IMG/VR virus record: IMGVR_UViG_3300037458_001303
Coordinates: 8,994 to 72,993 of that record
Direction: 5' to 3' (one strand)
Length of the DNA stretch: 64,000 bases
Source: a virus
Taxonomy: Duplodnaviria > Caudoviricetes
Position numbers and translations under genes: made by a program. A model generated the notes under the pieces. The model saw only the letters and a program-made list of their open reading frames with translations, did no database searches and had not been told where the DNA came from. Positions 26,623 through 36,922 of this stretch are shown here, piece by piece. Within the stretch, counting starts at the first letter, position 1. Every line of letters starts with the position of its first letter.

Positions 26623-26906
26623 CGAACAAGAACGTTTGGTCTAGCGCCAAGTTGCACACTACGGAACGTGGGTGGCTGGGGCGCACCGGGATGACGCAGC
26701 GCGAGGTGGCCGAAGTCATGGGGATCAGCTATCAGATGGTCCAGCAGATCGAGCGAAGCGCTATGCTGAAGCTGCAAGTGGCGTTGGGTGTGGTGAAGCA
26801 GACTCGGATACCGGGTAAGGGACGCCCGAGGTATCACTACGAGCGAGTCGAGACCCCGGTAGCTCAAGAGATGCGTGAGGCGGTGCAGGAACATTGCAGA
26901 AAGTGA
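26619..26906 (+). CDS. Sigma70 region-4-like HTH protein
   Basis: MTQREVAEVMGISYQMVQQIERSAMLKL. Confidence 0.75.
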   Translation: MTNKNVWSSAKLHTTERGWLGRTGMTQREVAEVMGISYQMVQQIERSAMLKLQVALGVVKQTRIPGKGRPRYHYERVETPVAQEMREAVQEHCRK

Positions 26907-26917
26907 AAGGAACCATT

Positions 26918-27808
26918 ATGTCAGTCCGAGGATACAGTGACGTCGAAAACACGTGGAACCCATTGGCCAGGGCGACCCTGGGGAAGGTGTTCTTGGTTCA
27001 GGAAAAGCTGGATGGATCGCAGTTCGCGTTTCACGCCGGCGAGTCACGCTCAAAGCGCATGCCGCTCACTGAGACGGCTGCGGATCCCAGCCTATTCTCA
27101 CCGGCGGTCCGTTGGCTCACCGAGCATCGAAGGGAGATACCCCCGGGGCTGATCTTCCACGCGGAGGCTATCTGCAAGCCGAAGCACAACGCGTTGACCT
27201 ACGGTCGGGCCCCTGAGGCCGGCTTCGTTGTGTTCGACGTCGAGACCGAGGACGGCCTATGGCTTACCGTCGACCAATGCCGTGACCTGTGTCGGACGCT
27301 CGGTCTGGAGTATGTCCAGGTCTTCGCTGAGGCCATGACGATCACGGCCTGGACTGACCTGGAACAGTTCCTCGACCGGCCGAGCATGCTTGGCGGCGCG
27401 ATCGAAGGTGTTGTGGCAAAACCGCTGGACCGGTCGGTGCTGGATCCGCATAGCAAGCGGCCGGTGCTGGTCAAGGTGGTGCGGCCCGAGTTCAGAGAAA
27501 AGAACAACAAGGCCCAGAAGGAGTTCAAGAAGGCGCAGTCTGTCGACCAGTTGATCGCCGACGTTGTGGAGCAATATCGGACCGAGGCCCGCTGGGATAA
27601 GGCGCGGCAGCATCTGCGTGACGCAGGCCAGCTTGAGAACCACATGCGCGACATCCCAAAGCTGATCGCGGAGATAGTTCGCGACGTCGTAAACGAAGAG
27701 GAGGACGCCATCCGGGATACCCTTTGGGAAGCCGCCCGAAAACAGATCGCGCGCCGAGTGGCCGCGGGACTGCCCGAGTGGTATAAAACTCAGCTCGGTT
27801 CTTTATGA
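26918..27808 (+). CDS. ATP-dependent RNA ligase (Rnl2-like)
   Basis: Motif I VQEKLDGSQF, FVVFDV, EGVVAK, VKVV; start at 26894 or 26918. Confidence 0.75.
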   Translation: MSVRGYSDVENTWNPLARATLGKVFLVQEKLDGSQFAFHAGESRSKRMPLTETAADPSLFSPAVRWLTEHRREIPPGLIFHAEAICKPKHNALTYGRAPEAGFVVFDVETEDGLWLTVDQCRDLCRTLGLEYVQVFAEAMTITAWTDLEQFLDRPSMLGGAIEGVVAKPLDRSVLDPHSKRPVLVKVVRPEFREKNNKAQKEFKKAQSVDQLIADVVEQYRTEARWDKARQHLRDAGQLENHMRDIPKLIAEIVRDVVNEEEDAIRDTLWEAARKQIARRVAAGLPEWYKTQLGSL

Positions 27809-28290
27809 ATCCCGTCGCGTATCTTCCTATCAACTGGGGGGCGTTAGCCAGCGCCTTTGCGCTCGACGCCGGCTTGTTGAAGCGGCTGTCTCAAGACGGT
27901 CGGTTCCTGTCTAAGCCTTTAGAGTTGTCGCTCGCGCATGCTTTCGGGCTCCGCATCAATACCAATTCGAACGGTAGCTTCGATGTCGAGTGCCCGGACT
28001 TCGGCATGAAGTATGAGGTCCGGTTGGTGACTTTATCTGGGACCAACATAACGCCGAGCAGGATGCGCGGGGCCGGCCGATCGTTTGACTTACCCCGGTT
28101 CGTTCGATGGGTCTCGTCGCTACATGGGTTTTACTTCATCGACTGCGTGGGCACTAGCTGGAGCTCTGGTGACACCGAACTTTTCCCGGTTTACAAAGTC
28201 TCCCGGGAGTGTGCTATGTCTTGGTTTCAAGGGCTACCAAGCCCTCATCTATCCGCCGCCAAGTTCCAACAGCTCATCTCCGCCTTATGA
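27805..28290 (+). CDS. Possible PD-(D/E)xK restriction-endonuclease-like protein
   Basis: E...SFDV......KYEVR pattern; weak. Confidence 0.35.
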   Translation: MNPVAYLPINWGALASAFALDAGLLKRLSQDGRFLSKPLELSLAHAFGLRINTNSNGSFDVECPDFGMKYEVRLVTLSGTNITPSRMRGAGRSFDLPRFVRWVSSLHGFYFIDCVGTSWSSGDTELFPVYKVSRECAMSWFQGLPSPHLSAAKFQQLISAL

Positions 28291-28946
28291 AGCCAACTCT
28301 CGTGTGCATGACTTACGCCGGCGCAGATCACCTGTGCCGAGCCCACTTTGGGAACTGGGACCAGATGGTGGACCCCGCGCGGATTGTCTTCGCTGGCGCT
28401 GACAAACCGTTCTGGCATCCCAGTCACGCCTTCGCGATCCGCCACGGCATTGATACTTACCCGGACCGTCGGCCGGATAGCCGCGATCTGAACATGCCGC
28501 ATCGGCTCACTGAAGCGATCAACTTTGCGATGTCACTGTCTGCTAGGCCGGCGCCTGTCGTGGTGGTCGAGCCCGACGTCTGGTTCTGGAAACCGCTCAC
28601 GGTTCAACCCGGAATCGAGGGGCGCATCTTCGAGGAGAACGACGGGCGGCGGTTTGTTCATTGGCCGGTTATCATCGACGCCCACTACGTCAAAACGGTA
28701 GTGCGGGTGCTGAAGCGTGCTATGCTGTATGGCATGAGCTGCAACCCCTGGGGCTCGTTCCCGGACAGGTTTCTAGCCGCCGTCTTGGATGTGGCCAACC
28801 TGCCGCTCCGGGACTACGGTCGGATCGTGTCGCACAATACTATTGACACCGAGGCCAAGATCCAGGAATGTCTCCGCGAGAAGGCCCGCGGGTGCATGGC
28901 CGTCCACGGTATCAAGAACCAACAGGTGCTCGAAAGGTTAGCATGA
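28287..28946 (+). CDS. Glycosyltransferase-like protein
   Basis: VVVVEPDVWF (ExD), FPDRFL; ATGA-coupled to glf. Confidence 0.5.
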   Translation: MKPTLVCMTYAGADHLCRAHFGNWDQMVDPARIVFAGADKPFWHPSHAFAIRHGIDTYPDRRPDSRDLNMPHRLTEAINFAMSLSARPAPVVVVEPDVWFWKPLTVQPGIEGRIFEENDGRRFVHWPVIIDAHYVKTVVRVLKRAMLYGMSCNPWGSFPDRFLAAVLDVANLPLRDYGRIVSHNTIDTEAKIQECLREKARGCMAVHGIKNQQVLERLA

Positions 28947-30139
28947 GAGGTCGAATAAACGTTGTCGTTGGGGCGGGACTTACCGGAGCTACAATCGCCC
29001 GGCGCCTCGACAGTCTTGGCGAAGAGGTAATCGTCCTGGAGGCCTCCGATCATGTGGGAGGCAAGTGCGAAGATGGGTTCGAGCAGGACGAGGTCACGGT
29101 AGCCCCGCACTATGTGCAGAAGCACGGCCCTCACATCTTCCACACTCATAAACGGGAGCTCTGGAACTTCGTCAACAGCATCACCGAGTTTGTTCCAACG
29201 ACCTTTATGAGCATGACGCGCACCGAGATTGGCTACTTGCCGATCCCGGTGAATCTGTTCACCGTCTCACTGGTGCGGCAATTCATCCATGGGGAGTTTG
29301 TTCCGCTGCTGATTCCGGGCCCCGGGAATGACGACGTGGAGCGCATCTTGAAGTCGACCCGTGCCCAGCAGGAGCCCGCCGGGTCGTTCGCGCGGGTCTG
29401 CCGGGAGCGAGTCGGGGACGATATCTACGATTTTGCTTTCAAGCATTACACTGAAGCGTGGTGGGGTCAGCCGTGCCAGGAGATACCCGGGGCGATCGCG
29501 GAGCGTATTCCGGTGCGGAGGAACTTCGATGTCCGCTACCACGATAGCCGAGACATCTATGTCGGGGTGCCATCAGGCGGTTTCTCTGCGATGATCCGAA
29601 AGATGTTACAGGGTATCCCAGTTCATTTCGACTATCCGGCAACCCTCGGACTGGTGTTGTCGGACTTCCCGGGAGCCCGGATCTTCTGCACTGCCGACGC
29701 CTCCGTGTTCCTGGATGGGGTTGGCAGCCTGCCTTATCGTGGGTTCTATCCAGTTCACCACCGGCTCGTGCTTCAGAATCCTGGGTTCCAGCAAATCCTC
29801 GATAGCCGGCCCAGTAAAGGCGAGGCCGGGTCGCGATTCTACTGTTCCCAGAATCTTTTCTCGACTGACTTAAACCAGACGGCCATACGAGGACCGCGGA
29901 TCGTATCGAAGATGATCCCCTATCCCGACGTTCTAACTGGGGAGAACCAATACGCTGCCTACCCTGTGCCGCACACGTGCAAGGAGCTCGCCGATCTTTT
30001 TGAGCTTCGAAAACGCGACCTTGCTCGCAAAGACGTCTTTTTCGCAGGACGGCTCGGGAGCTATAAATACCTTGACATGGACGACGCGATCCAGGAAGGT
30101 CTCGACATTGTAGAGACAGCCTTAACACCCTTGCCATGA
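28943..30139 (+). CDS. glf: UDP-galactopyranose mutase
   Basis: VVGAGLTG Rossmann motif, HGPHIFHT, HYTEAWWG, RIPVR, YP, GRLGSYKYLDMDDAI. Confidence 0.9.
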   Translation: MRGRINVVVGAGLTGATIARRLDSLGEEVIVLEASDHVGGKCEDGFEQDEVTVAPHYVQKHGPHIFHTHKRELWNFVNSITEFVPTTFMSMTRTEIGYLPIPVNLFTVSLVRQFIHGEFVPLLIPGPGNDDVERILKSTRAQQEPAGSFARVCRERVGDDIYDFAFKHYTEAWWGQPCQEIPGAIAERIPVRRNFDVRYHDSRDIYVGVPSGGFSAMIRKMLQGIPVHFDYPATLGLVLSDFPGARIFCTADASVFLDGVGSLPYRGFYPVHHRLVLQNPGFQQILDSRPSKGEAGSRFYCSQNLFSTDLNQTAIRGPRIVSKMIPYPDVLTGENQYAAYPVPHTCKELADLFELRKRDLARKDVFFAGRLGSYKYLDMDDAIQEGLDIVETALTPLP

Positions 30140-30855
30140 GACTCGCCTTCAGTTGTGACGTAAGCTATCGGTATTGGCCGAAGTTCATCAATTCTGTCCA
30201 GCAGTGTGTCAACGTCCCGCGGACGCATATCGCTCTGGGGCCCGGGTGGCCGCCGGGTATGCCCAGCACATCCTACATGCCCGTGGTTCCGAAGCTCAAC
30301 GGCCGTCCCATTGTCCAGCACGGCTCGTTCCTGCCGTTCCTGCCGACGGTCCCCGACGACGAGGTGCTGCTGTTCGTCGATGTCGACGCAGTCTTTCAGC
30401 GTCCTTTCGAGCCGCGTGAGTATCGGCTACTCGACAGCCTGAAGGAGGACGAATGGCTGGTCGGAATGAACCGCATGGACCCGGAATACTGGCGTGACGA
30501 GGCGCCTAGGCTTTGCCCGACGCATCGATACGGCACGGAGTATAAGGGCGAATTCGATGGAGTTCCCGTGTTCAACACGGGCTTCATGGCGATGCGCCGA
30601 TCGACTTACAAGCGAGTTTATGACGAGTTCATGATCCTCCACCGTCGTCACCACCACTGGTTTCAGCACCACGCTGCGACCCAGCTGTTCATTTGCGCGG
30701 CAGCGTATTCCCTGGGACTGACGCGCGTTCGACCCAGCCTTGGCCTGACTTCTCACGGCCATTGCGGGATCCACCCCGGGGTAAGTATCCTCGATAACCG
30801 GGCTTACGAGCAAGGGATCCTCCTTTGCTACGCCCACATGCTCTGCGGACTATGA
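30136..30855 (+). CDS. Glycosyltransferase (GT8/GT-A-like)
   Basis: LFVDVDAVF (DxD), FNTGFM, ATQLFI, C-terminal AH. Confidence 0.7.
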   Translation: MRLAFSCDVSYRYWPKFINSVQQCVNVPRTHIALGPGWPPGMPSTSYMPVVPKLNGRPIVQHGSFLPFLPTVPDDEVLLFVDVDAVFQRPFEPREYRLLDSLKEDEWLVGMNRMDPEYWRDEAPRLCPTHRYGTEYKGEFDGVPVFNTGFMAMRRSTYKRVYDEFMILHRRHHHWFQHHAATQLFICAAAYSLGLTRVRPSLGLTSHGHCGIHPGVSILDNRAYEQGILLCYAHMLCGL

Positions 30856-31067
30856 CAACAAACAACCATTGCTCTGAACATCCTGGCTACACCGGCCAGG
30901 AGACCCCAATTTCCAACTGCAGCCGGTGCTGGACGATCCGGAAGCGCGTGGTAGGGTGCATCCGTGCGGACATCGAATTGGACGCGTTTCTCGCGTCCCA
31001 GGGCCTCGCACGGACCTACAACACGGTCGTATCGGTTCCCTGGGGCGGCCGCAAACACGTGATGTAA
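30852..31067 (+). CDS. Small Cys-containing protein
   Basis: CSEHPGY...CSRCW; coupled on both sides. Confidence 0.5.
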   Translation: MTTNNHCSEHPGYTGQETPISNCSRCWTIRKRVVGCIRADIELDAFLASQGLARTYNTVVSVPWGGRKHVM

Positions 31068-32479
31068 TGCCGACGTTCGACCCAACCGGGCTCCGGGACT
31101 ATCAAATCCCGCATGCCATAGCGCTGGCTCAGGCGATCAACAAGCCCGGGTTTCCCTGCGCGTGGGATACCTCCGACACGGGCACGGGGAAGACGTATGC
31201 GGCCTGCGGGCTGGTGCGTCATTTCAACGTGCCGGCGACGGTGGTGTGCCCCAAGGCACTGATGCCCGGGTGGCAACGCGTCGCCAAGCAGATGGGGCTG
31301 CGTGACGGGCTGCTGCGGACGATCAACTACGAGATGGTCCGGACTGGACGCGCCGTCGAATTTGGGGAGTGGGCCACGCTGCCGCGGGGGACGACTCGGA
31401 TGCGCTACTTCAAGTGGCGAAAGGAAACCGGGATCCTGCTATTCGACGAGGCCCAGCGGTGCCGTGGACACGACACGCTCAACCACCAGATCATGGTTGG
31501 GGCTAAGCTGTCGGGAGTCCCCGTCATCGGACTTTCGGCCACGCCGGCGGAGTCGCCGATGGACATGCGGGCCCTGGGATACCTCAGCGGATGGTTTGAT
31601 TACTACCACTTCTACAACTGGGTCCAGAACCATAACTGCGTTAAGCCCTTTGGGGCGCACAAGTGGATGTTCGTTGACCGCACCGGACGCACGACTACCC
31701 AGGTCATGGACGGGCTGCGGGAGAAACTCCTGGAACGCGGCAGTCGCATTTCCATTGCCGATCTTGGCGACGCGTTCCCTAAGAACACCATCGATTGTCA
31801 GTTATATCGCATCTCCGAGGCCGGCAAGATTAACCGTCTCTACGACCGGGTAGCTAAAGAGATCGACTTGCTCGAACGCCGCAAGGCTAACGACCGGGAC
31901 CCAGAGCATGGGCTGACGAAGACCCTACGGGAGCGCCAGGAGATCGAACTACTCAAGGTCGGGCTATTAGAAGAGCTGACACGTGACGAGATCCTGCAGG
32001 GCCGGAGCGTGGTCATCTTCTGCAACTTTTTGTTGACGATACAGGCGCTCGCCTCGATATTTCATTCACTAGACCCTGCGATTATTACTGGAGCCGATGG
32101 ATGGACTTACGAAATCAAACGACGCCATGAGACTACAGATCAAGCCAACCAAAGGTTCCAACGCAACGAAACTTTCCTGGCTATTGCTCAATCCGACGTC
32201 GGAGGGGTGGGCCTTGGTTTCCACGATCTTTGCGGTCGCCCGCGGACGTCACTGGTCAATCCGCACTGGTCGGCGATGGTCTTCGCTCAGAACCTCGGAC
32301 GGATCCACCGCGATGGTGCTCTATCTCCCGCACTTCAGAAGTTCCCGCTCATTGAAGGGACGATCGAGGAGCGCGTTTACGAAGCCCTAGTTCAAAAGCG
32401 AGGCAACTTACAAAAGCTCTTGACAGACGCCGATCTTCAGCCATACTGCGGCCTCACACCAAAACTTGTTCACGTATGA
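31067..32479 (+). CDS. SF2 (SNF2-like) helicase
   Basis: LRDYQ, DTGTGKT, FDEAQ, LSATP, GGVGL, QNLGRIHR. Confidence 0.9.
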   Translation: MPTFDPTGLRDYQIPHAIALAQAINKPGFPCAWDTSDTGTGKTYAACGLVRHFNVPATVVCPKALMPGWQRVAKQMGLRDGLLRTINYEMVRTGRAVEFGEWATLPRGTTRMRYFKWRKETGILLFDEAQRCRGHDTLNHQIMVGAKLSGVPVIGLSATPAESPMDMRALGYLSGWFDYYHFYNWVQNHNCVKPFGAHKWMFVDRTGRTTTQVMDGLREKLLERGSRISIADLGDAFPKNTIDCQLYRISEAGKINRLYDRVAKEIDLLERRKANDRDPEHGLTKTLRERQEIELLKVGLLEELTRDEILQGRSVVIFCNFLLTIQALASIFHSLDPAIITGADGWTYEIKRRHETTDQANQRFQRNETFLAIAQSDVGGVGLGFHDLCGRPRTSLVNPHWSAMVFAQNLGRIHRDGALSPALQKFPLIEGTIEERVYEALVQKRGNLQKLLTDADLQPYCGLTPKLVHV

Positions 32480-33813
32480 AAGCCTCCAAAGACGATATTG
32501 CCCTGTTGATGAAAGAGACTAGCCTCGGACCGTCACCGGTTACGCTGGCTATCGAAGAGAGCGAGAACCTCGACGACGCGCGCGACTTGCTGAAGTCTTT
32601 TGGCGCACGGCTGACCCAGATGATCGTTGTTCGCCGGCGGGCTCAAGTCGAGGCCGAGCGGGCTCGGCGGGACTCGGTTTCGTCGGAGGAGCGGCCGCAC
32701 CACAAGGAAAGCGCGTCAAGTCTGCAGCCGAAAGAGTGGTGCCCTCGATACAAGTCGGAATCATCGAGCAACGAGGCCGCCGAGATCGGAACGCTGCAGC
32801 ATTACGCTGCGGAGACCGGGGATCTGTCTGGCCTGGATGACACGCAGGCGGAAAAAGTCACCGTTTGCCTCGACTTCATCGCCAATCGCGTCAAGGAGCT
32901 CAGGGCCCAGTATCCGGATCTGGTTGACATCAAGGAGGTCTACGGGGAGATCGACGAAGTTGAGTGGCCAACGATGAACGAACGATCGACCTCCGGCGGG
33001 TTTGTCGACCGGGTGCTACTATTCGATGACGGCCGGCAAGCCGAGATCTGGGACTATAAGTTTGGAAAGTGGCCGGTCGAGCCAGCCGAGAACAACCTTC
33101 AAGGCATCGTATACTTGCTGAACCTTCGTAAGCAATACCCCACGCTGGAGCGTGCTCGGGTTGGGTTCCTGATGCCTTACCTCGACATAATCGACTTCCA
33201 CGACTTTACTCAGGCCGACTTCCCCGAGCTCTACGTGCGGGTGAAACGTCTAGTGGCCAAACGGCAGGACCCCAATCTGGCCGAAGAGAACCCGTCTTTC
33301 ACCACGTGCATGTGGTGCGCGAATATCGCGAAGTGCAAGGCGGTCACTAACGCGGTGGTGAAAGCGGCCAAGAAGTTCAGCCCGCTGAAGGTCCCGAAGA
33401 ATCTGGACCCGAACAGCATCTCGGCCTCCGACGACATCTCGGCGTGGATCCAATTTGGTGACGTATGTTCAGCCTACGGGTCGGCCGTCCGGGAGCTCTG
33501 CACGCAGCTGGTCGTCGAGGATCCTGCCCTGGTTCCCGAGAGCCACGACCTCATCGACCAGACTCTCCGCGAAGTGAGCGATCAAAGTAAGTGGAAAGCG
33601 TTCCTGGCTGACAAGGGCGTGCCGTCCTCTGTGCTTGAGAGAATCTCGAAGATCTCGCTGACCTCTGCCACTAAGGCGCTCCGGGATCTCGCGCCGCGTG
33701 GCGAGAAAGAACTATTTTCCAAGGCTGCGGAAGCTGAAGCTGCCGAGGCCGGGCTCCTGGTTCCAGGAACCACCAAGATCTTCCTTCGGGCGAAGCGCCC
33801 GCAGGTGGAATAA
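32476..33813 (+). CDS. PD-(D/E)xK exonuclease (DUF2800/Cas4-like)
   Basis: GTLQH, GFVDRV, WDYKFG, NLQ..VY, CMWC...C. Confidence 0.8.
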   Translation: MKASKDDIALLMKETSLGPSPVTLAIEESENLDDARDLLKSFGARLTQMIVVRRRAQVEAERARRDSVSSEERPHHKESASSLQPKEWCPRYKSESSSNEAAEIGTLQHYAAETGDLSGLDDTQAEKVTVCLDFIANRVKELRAQYPDLVDIKEVYGEIDEVEWPTMNERSTSGGFVDRVLLFDDGRQAEIWDYKFGKWPVEPAENNLQGIVYLLNLRKQYPTLERARVGFLMPYLDIIDFHDFTQADFPELYVRVKRLVAKRQDPNLAEENPSFTTCMWCANIAKCKAVTNAVVKAAKKFSPLKVPKNLDPNSISASDDISAWIQFGDVCSAYGSAVRELCTQLVVEDPALVPESHDLIDQTLREVSDQSKWKAFLADKGVPSSVLERISKISLTSATKALRDLAPRGEKELFSKAAEAEAAEAGLLVPGTTKIFLRAKRPQVE

Positions 33814-33843
33814 ACCAAAAACAACAAGCAGAAAGTAAAACAA

Positions 33844-34971
33844 ATGGCTAGCATGTCATTCTCCAAAATCCAACCGTTCGCCCCGGCCGCCGCACCGGCC
33901 GCCGCACCGGCTGCTCCCGCAACTTATCCGGGTCAGATCGCTGACGACCTCCGTGCCCGGGAAGCGGTCCCTGCCGCGCCGCAGGCCGTTCCAGCAGCGC
34001 CGCCGGCCGTCGCCGCGCCGAAGAAGGCCCGAAAGGTGAAGGTGCCTGAGGCCCCGGTCGAGATGCCCGTCACGCAGGTTCAGAACGAGGCCGAACCGCC
34101 TATGGACCCACAGATGGCGGAGTTCCTGGCCTGGAAGCGGGCTCAGGCAGCCACCGCCCCGGCCCCGGCCCCGGCTCCGGTTCCGGACCCGGCTCCCGTT
34201 CTTGCTCCGCCGGCGCCTACCAAGGCCCTGGCGACTTACCAAGCCCCGGGTGTCCCGGCCAAGTTCGACACGCCATTCGTTGGCGGCGACCGCCAAATCG
34301 ATACCAACGACCTCTCGGTGCAAAAGCTGCACATCGTGCAACAGATCGGCGAGCTGTCCCGGTCGTTCCGGCCCGGTGAAGTAGTCCTTGACCGTCGCGT
34401 CTCGCTCTACCGTCCTCTCGCGCAGGGGGAACCGGCGCAGACGTGCAATAGCCCCGTTCAGTTCTACGTCCTGGGCTTTCAGGACAAGCTGTGGGTCGAA
34501 CGAACGCAAGGCGGTGGCGGGCGGGTTGCTCGCAGCCAGGACGAAGTCATCAAGCTGGGCGGTGCGCTCACGTTTGCTGACGCGCAAACCAACAACAAGC
34601 CCTGGTTCCAGACCATGTCCAGGGCTATCGTGCTCGTCCGGAAACCGGACCACCTGGATGTCGACGATTTCTGCTTCGAGGACCCCGAAGGCGCCTATTG
34701 GGCCCTGGCCCAATGGGGGATGAAGGGCGGAGCTTACACCCACGGAGCTCGGCCGATCTATACGGCCCGGCGCATGGGCGTCCTGCGGCAGTCCTGGGTG
34801 GCCCGGAGCTGGCTCCTGACGACCAAGTTCGCGAGCTACCCGAACGGGCATAGCTCGTTCATTCCGTCCCTGGCTGTAGGGTCGGCCCCCTCCGCCGAGT
34901 GGGTCCATTGGTTGTCGGACGTTCTGTCTGGCCGCGACCTCGACGCCGAGGCGGCCCTGGGCGACGAATGA
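33844..34971 (+). CDS. Putative ssDNA-binding protein with Ala/Pro-rich N-terminus
   Basis: Between exonuclease and polymerase; L.I.QQIG motif; acidic end. Confidence 0.45.
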   Translation: MASMSFSKIQPFAPAAAPAAAPAAPATYPGQIADDLRAREAVPAAPQAVPAAPPAVAAPKKARKVKVPEAPVEMPVTQVQNEAEPPMDPQMAEFLAWKRAQAATAPAPAPAPVPDPAPVLAPPAPTKALATYQAPGVPAKFDTPFVGGDRQIDTNDLSVQKLHIVQQIGELSRSFRPGEVVLDRRVSLYRPLAQGEPAQTCNSPVQFYVLGFQDKLWVERTQGGGGRVARSQDEVIKLGGALTFADAQTNNKPWFQTMSRAIVLVRKPDHLDVDDFCFEDPEGAYWALAQWGMKGGAYTHGARPIYTARRMGVLRQSWVARSWLLTTKFASYPNGHSSFIPSLAVGSAPSAEWVHWLSDVLSGRDLDAEAALGDE

Positions 34972-34986
34972 CATAGTCGTATCGCG

Positions 34987-35026
34987 GGCCCGGGGGCTTG
35001 ACAACCCCCGGGCCTTCTGTCATTTT
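34987..35026 (+). promoter_or_regulatory. 10-bp hairpin with TTGACA in the loop; promoter TTGACA-N17-CATTTT
   Basis: GGCCCGGGGG (34987-96) pairs with CCCCCGGGCC (35005-14); -10 is 6 nt before the polymerase ATG. Confidence 0.55.
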
Positions 35027-35032
35027 TGCGCC

Positions 35033-36919
35033 ATGCGAACCATCGCCATCGACTGGGAGACCTACTACGACAAGGAGTGTAGCGTAAAAACCCTGGGGAA
35101 CTGGGCTTACACGCACCATCCCGATTTCGAGGCTTACATGGTTTCCGTCTACGACGGCAACGAAGCATGGGCCGGACACCCGAAAGATCTGAACTGGGAT
35201 GCCGTATCCGGAGCGCGGTTGCTTTCCCACAATGCCGGGTTCGACATCGCAGTTTACATGGCTGAAGCGGAACGGGGCCGCGTCCCCTGGATCGATGTGC
35301 CTTCCTGGCATTGCACAGCTAACCTGACGGCTGCCATTTGCGGTCAGCGCAGTTTGAAAAAGGCCAGTGAGTGCTTGCTGAAGGACCGCCTTGCAACCCT
35401 TATCGGAACTGACGAGGTAAGCAAAGAGATGCGCGGGACGGCCGAAGGGATCCGTTACGAGGAGTTCATAAAGAACCCCGCTCAGTGGGAGGCGATGTGT
35501 GATTACGCGAAGCACGACGCGATTTTGTGCTGGCACATCTGGGACCTTTACTCCAGCCAGCTCCTTCCTTTGGAGCACAGGATGTCTGACGAGACCGTCC
35601 GTCTGGCGATCGAGGGCGTCAAGGTCGACTGGGCCCTTGTTGATACCTATGAGACCTGGATTTACAACGACCTTACGGAGGTTCGCGCCCATTTGCCTTG
35701 GGTTCTGGACGGCAAGCCCGAGACCAGCCCCCTGGCAATCAAAGACCATTGCGCTCGCAACGGCATCCCTGTGCCTCCCATAAAAGACGAGGACGAGGAA
35801 GGTTACGAAAAGTGGGTCGCGACTTACCGAGACGAATATCCCTGGGTTGCCAAGATCTCCGAGTATCGTAAGCTCGCTAAGATGGCCGCGTTCCTCCAGC
35901 GGTTGAAAGCTCGCCGGCGGACTGACGATTGCATCGACGCGCAACTGCTCTATTTCGGTGCCCATACTGGACGCTGGGCCGGCGCGCTAGGCGAGAAAGG
36001 ATCCAGCGGAATCAACCTGCAGAACCTTCGGAAAGAACCGCTTCAAACGGCTTCTGGGCCCGTGCATCAACGACACGTTTTCATCCCGAAGAACGCCAAG
36101 TTCATCATCGCGGATTACGCCCAGATCGAGGCCCGCATCGTGAACTGGCTCGCCGGCAACTACGAGTTGCTCGCTTTGATCCGCGGCGGGATGAACATCT
36201 ACGAGGCTCACGCCCGCATGACGATGGGCTGGACCGGCGGCAAGTTAAAGGAGGAAGACCCGAAGACCTATGCTCTAGCCAAGGCGCGTGTGCTGATGCT
36301 CGGATATGGAGCCGGTTGGGAGAAGTTCCGGGACACCGCTTTCAAGTTGATGGGCTTGAAGCTGACCGACGAGGACTGCGTGACGGTCGTCGAAGAGTTT
36401 CGGCGCACCAATCCTATGATCGTGGCTCTATGGCGCAATCTAGGGGACGCTCTGCTCGAAGCTGCGAGAGAGGACCAGGGTAAGAACATCTTCCACCTGC
36501 CTCTCCGGTCCGGGCGTGATCTTGTCTATACGAACGTTCACGCTTGCCAAACACCCAAGAAGGTTACGGAATGGGCCAGAGACAGGGACGGAAAGCCCAC
36601 CCATAAGACCTCCAAGTCTGTGATAGGATGGAAAATCACAGCAGATTCTGGGGGGCGAAAAGTTGATCTCTACGGAGGGAAACTCGTCGAGAATCTCGTC
36701 CAGGCTACGGCCCGCGATGTTTTCGCCGAGGGCATTGCCCGGTTGTTGGACCGCGGTTGGCACGTGCCGCTGCACATCCATGACGAAGTCGTGGTTGACG
36801 TTCCCGCCTCGGTTACGGTAGAAGAAGTGGTCCGTGAGCTTGAGACCATTCCGAACTGGGCCAAAGAATGCCCAATCGGAGTCGAAGCGCACGAGGCTGA
36901 CCATTATTGCAAGGAATGA
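35033..36919 (+). CDS. polA: DNA polymerase family A with 3'-5' exonuclease
   Basis: IDWET, HNAGFD, DYAKHDA, HTGRWAG, NLQN, ADYAQIEAR, KARVLMLGYG, ENLVQATARD, HIHDE. Confidence 0.95.
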   Translation: MRTIAIDWETYYDKECSVKTLGNWAYTHHPDFEAYMVSVYDGNEAWAGHPKDLNWDAVSGARLLSHNAGFDIAVYMAEAERGRVPWIDVPSWHCTANLTAAICGQRSLKKASECLLKDRLATLIGTDEVSKEMRGTAEGIRYEEFIKNPAQWEAMCDYAKHDAILCWHIWDLYSSQLLPLEHRMSDETVRLAIEGVKVDWALVDTYETWIYNDLTEVRAHLPWVLDGKPETSPLAIKDHCARNGIPVPPIKDEDEEGYEKWVATYRDEYPWVAKISEYRKLAKMAAFLQRLKARRRTDDCIDAQLLYFGAHTGRWAGALGEKGSSGINLQNLRKEPLQTASGPVHQRHVFIPKNAKFIIADYAQIEARIVNWLAGNYELLALIRGGMNIYEAHARMTMGWTGGKLKEEDPKTYALAKARVLMLGYGAGWEKFRDTAFKLMGLKLTDEDCVTVVEEFRRTNPMIVALWRNLGDALLEAAREDQGKNIFHLPLRSGRDLVYTNVHACQTPKKVTEWARDRDGKPTHKTSKSVIGWKITADSGGRKVDLYGGKLVENLVQATARDVFAEGIARLLDRGWHVPLHIHDEVVVDVPASVTVEEVVRELETIPNWAKECPIGVEAHEADHYCKE

Positions 36920-36922
36920 TTT

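Noticed and set aside
32476-33813. Cas4 as an adaptation gene for the array
   Set aside because: 11 kb away in a helicase-exonuclease-SSB-polymerase block; a standard phage DUF2800-like nuclease
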